Position numbers and translations under genes: made by a program. From Hydrolagus colliei (lineage: Eukaryota): a DNA stretch of 64,000 nt. Below are positions 63,669 through 64,000 of the stretch, piece by piece. The stretch lies in the NCBI GenBank assembly GCA_035084275.1, contig CM068743.1, positions 18,166,001 to 18,230,000 on the forward strand. The letters are read 5' to 3'. Position 1 is the first letter of the stretch. Each line of letters opens with the position of its first letter. The notes under the pieces are model-generated. The model saw nothing but the letters and a program-made list of their open reading frames with translations, had not been told where the DNA came from and ran no database searches.

Positions 63669-64000
63669 AATAATAATAATAATCCTTGCATTTGATATAG
63701 CGCTTTCCACATCTTATCAACATCCCAAAGCGCTTCACAGAATATACTGTAAAGTGAATTGACTGTGTATATTTGTGGGCGAATCGCGGCAGCCAATTGC
63801 GCACAACAGTGTCCCACACATAGACGTGGATTGAAATGACCAATTTTATTATTGTGGTTTTTTGGGAGGGATCATTATTAGGTGTGTGGAGTAAGGAAAC
63901 TTGCCCAAGGTTTCGCCCTGACCTGCCTGGATTCGAACACAGGTCTCCCCAGCTTGGTCTCCCCAGCTTGCAAGATGAGTGCTCTAACCCACTGAGCCAC
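63669..64000 (-). mobile_element. Young tRNA-derived SINE, short form with duplicated head insert (runs to window edge)
   Basis: Same diagnostic ACCTGCCTGGATTCGAACACAGGTCTCCCCAGCTTGGTCTCCCCAGCT as 39281-39616. Confidence 0.92.

Overview
This is eukaryotic, repeat-dense, almost entirely non-coding vertebrate DNA. The repeat inventory (tRNA-headed SINEs with a Deu-type body, L2 LINEs with (GTT)n tails, CR1, Penelope-type palindromes) suggests a cartilaginous fish, but that is an inference. No operons, CRISPR arrays, rRNAs or genuine tRNAs are present. Most ORFs in the track are spurious or decayed LINE fragments. The clearest object is a 2,659-bp hAT-family DNA transposon (33321-35979). It has 16-bp TIRs, an atypical 5-bp target-site duplication and a truncated zf-TTF/DUF4371 transposase, and it sits inside a CR1 LINE whose reading frame is restored exactly when the element is removed. 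Other notable items are a modular SINE family with subfamilies, many ~60-bp L2 tail-only insertions, a palindromic Penelope-like element with a hammerhead-ribozyme core, and an inverted ~58-bp templated insertion. A probable promoter and first exon(s) of an unidentified + strand gene lie near 60.7-61.7 kb, just before an assembly gap. I did not find a convincing new biological system; the findings concern transposon biology and candidate regulatory or exonic sequence. Boundaries of old repeats are approximate, read by eye.
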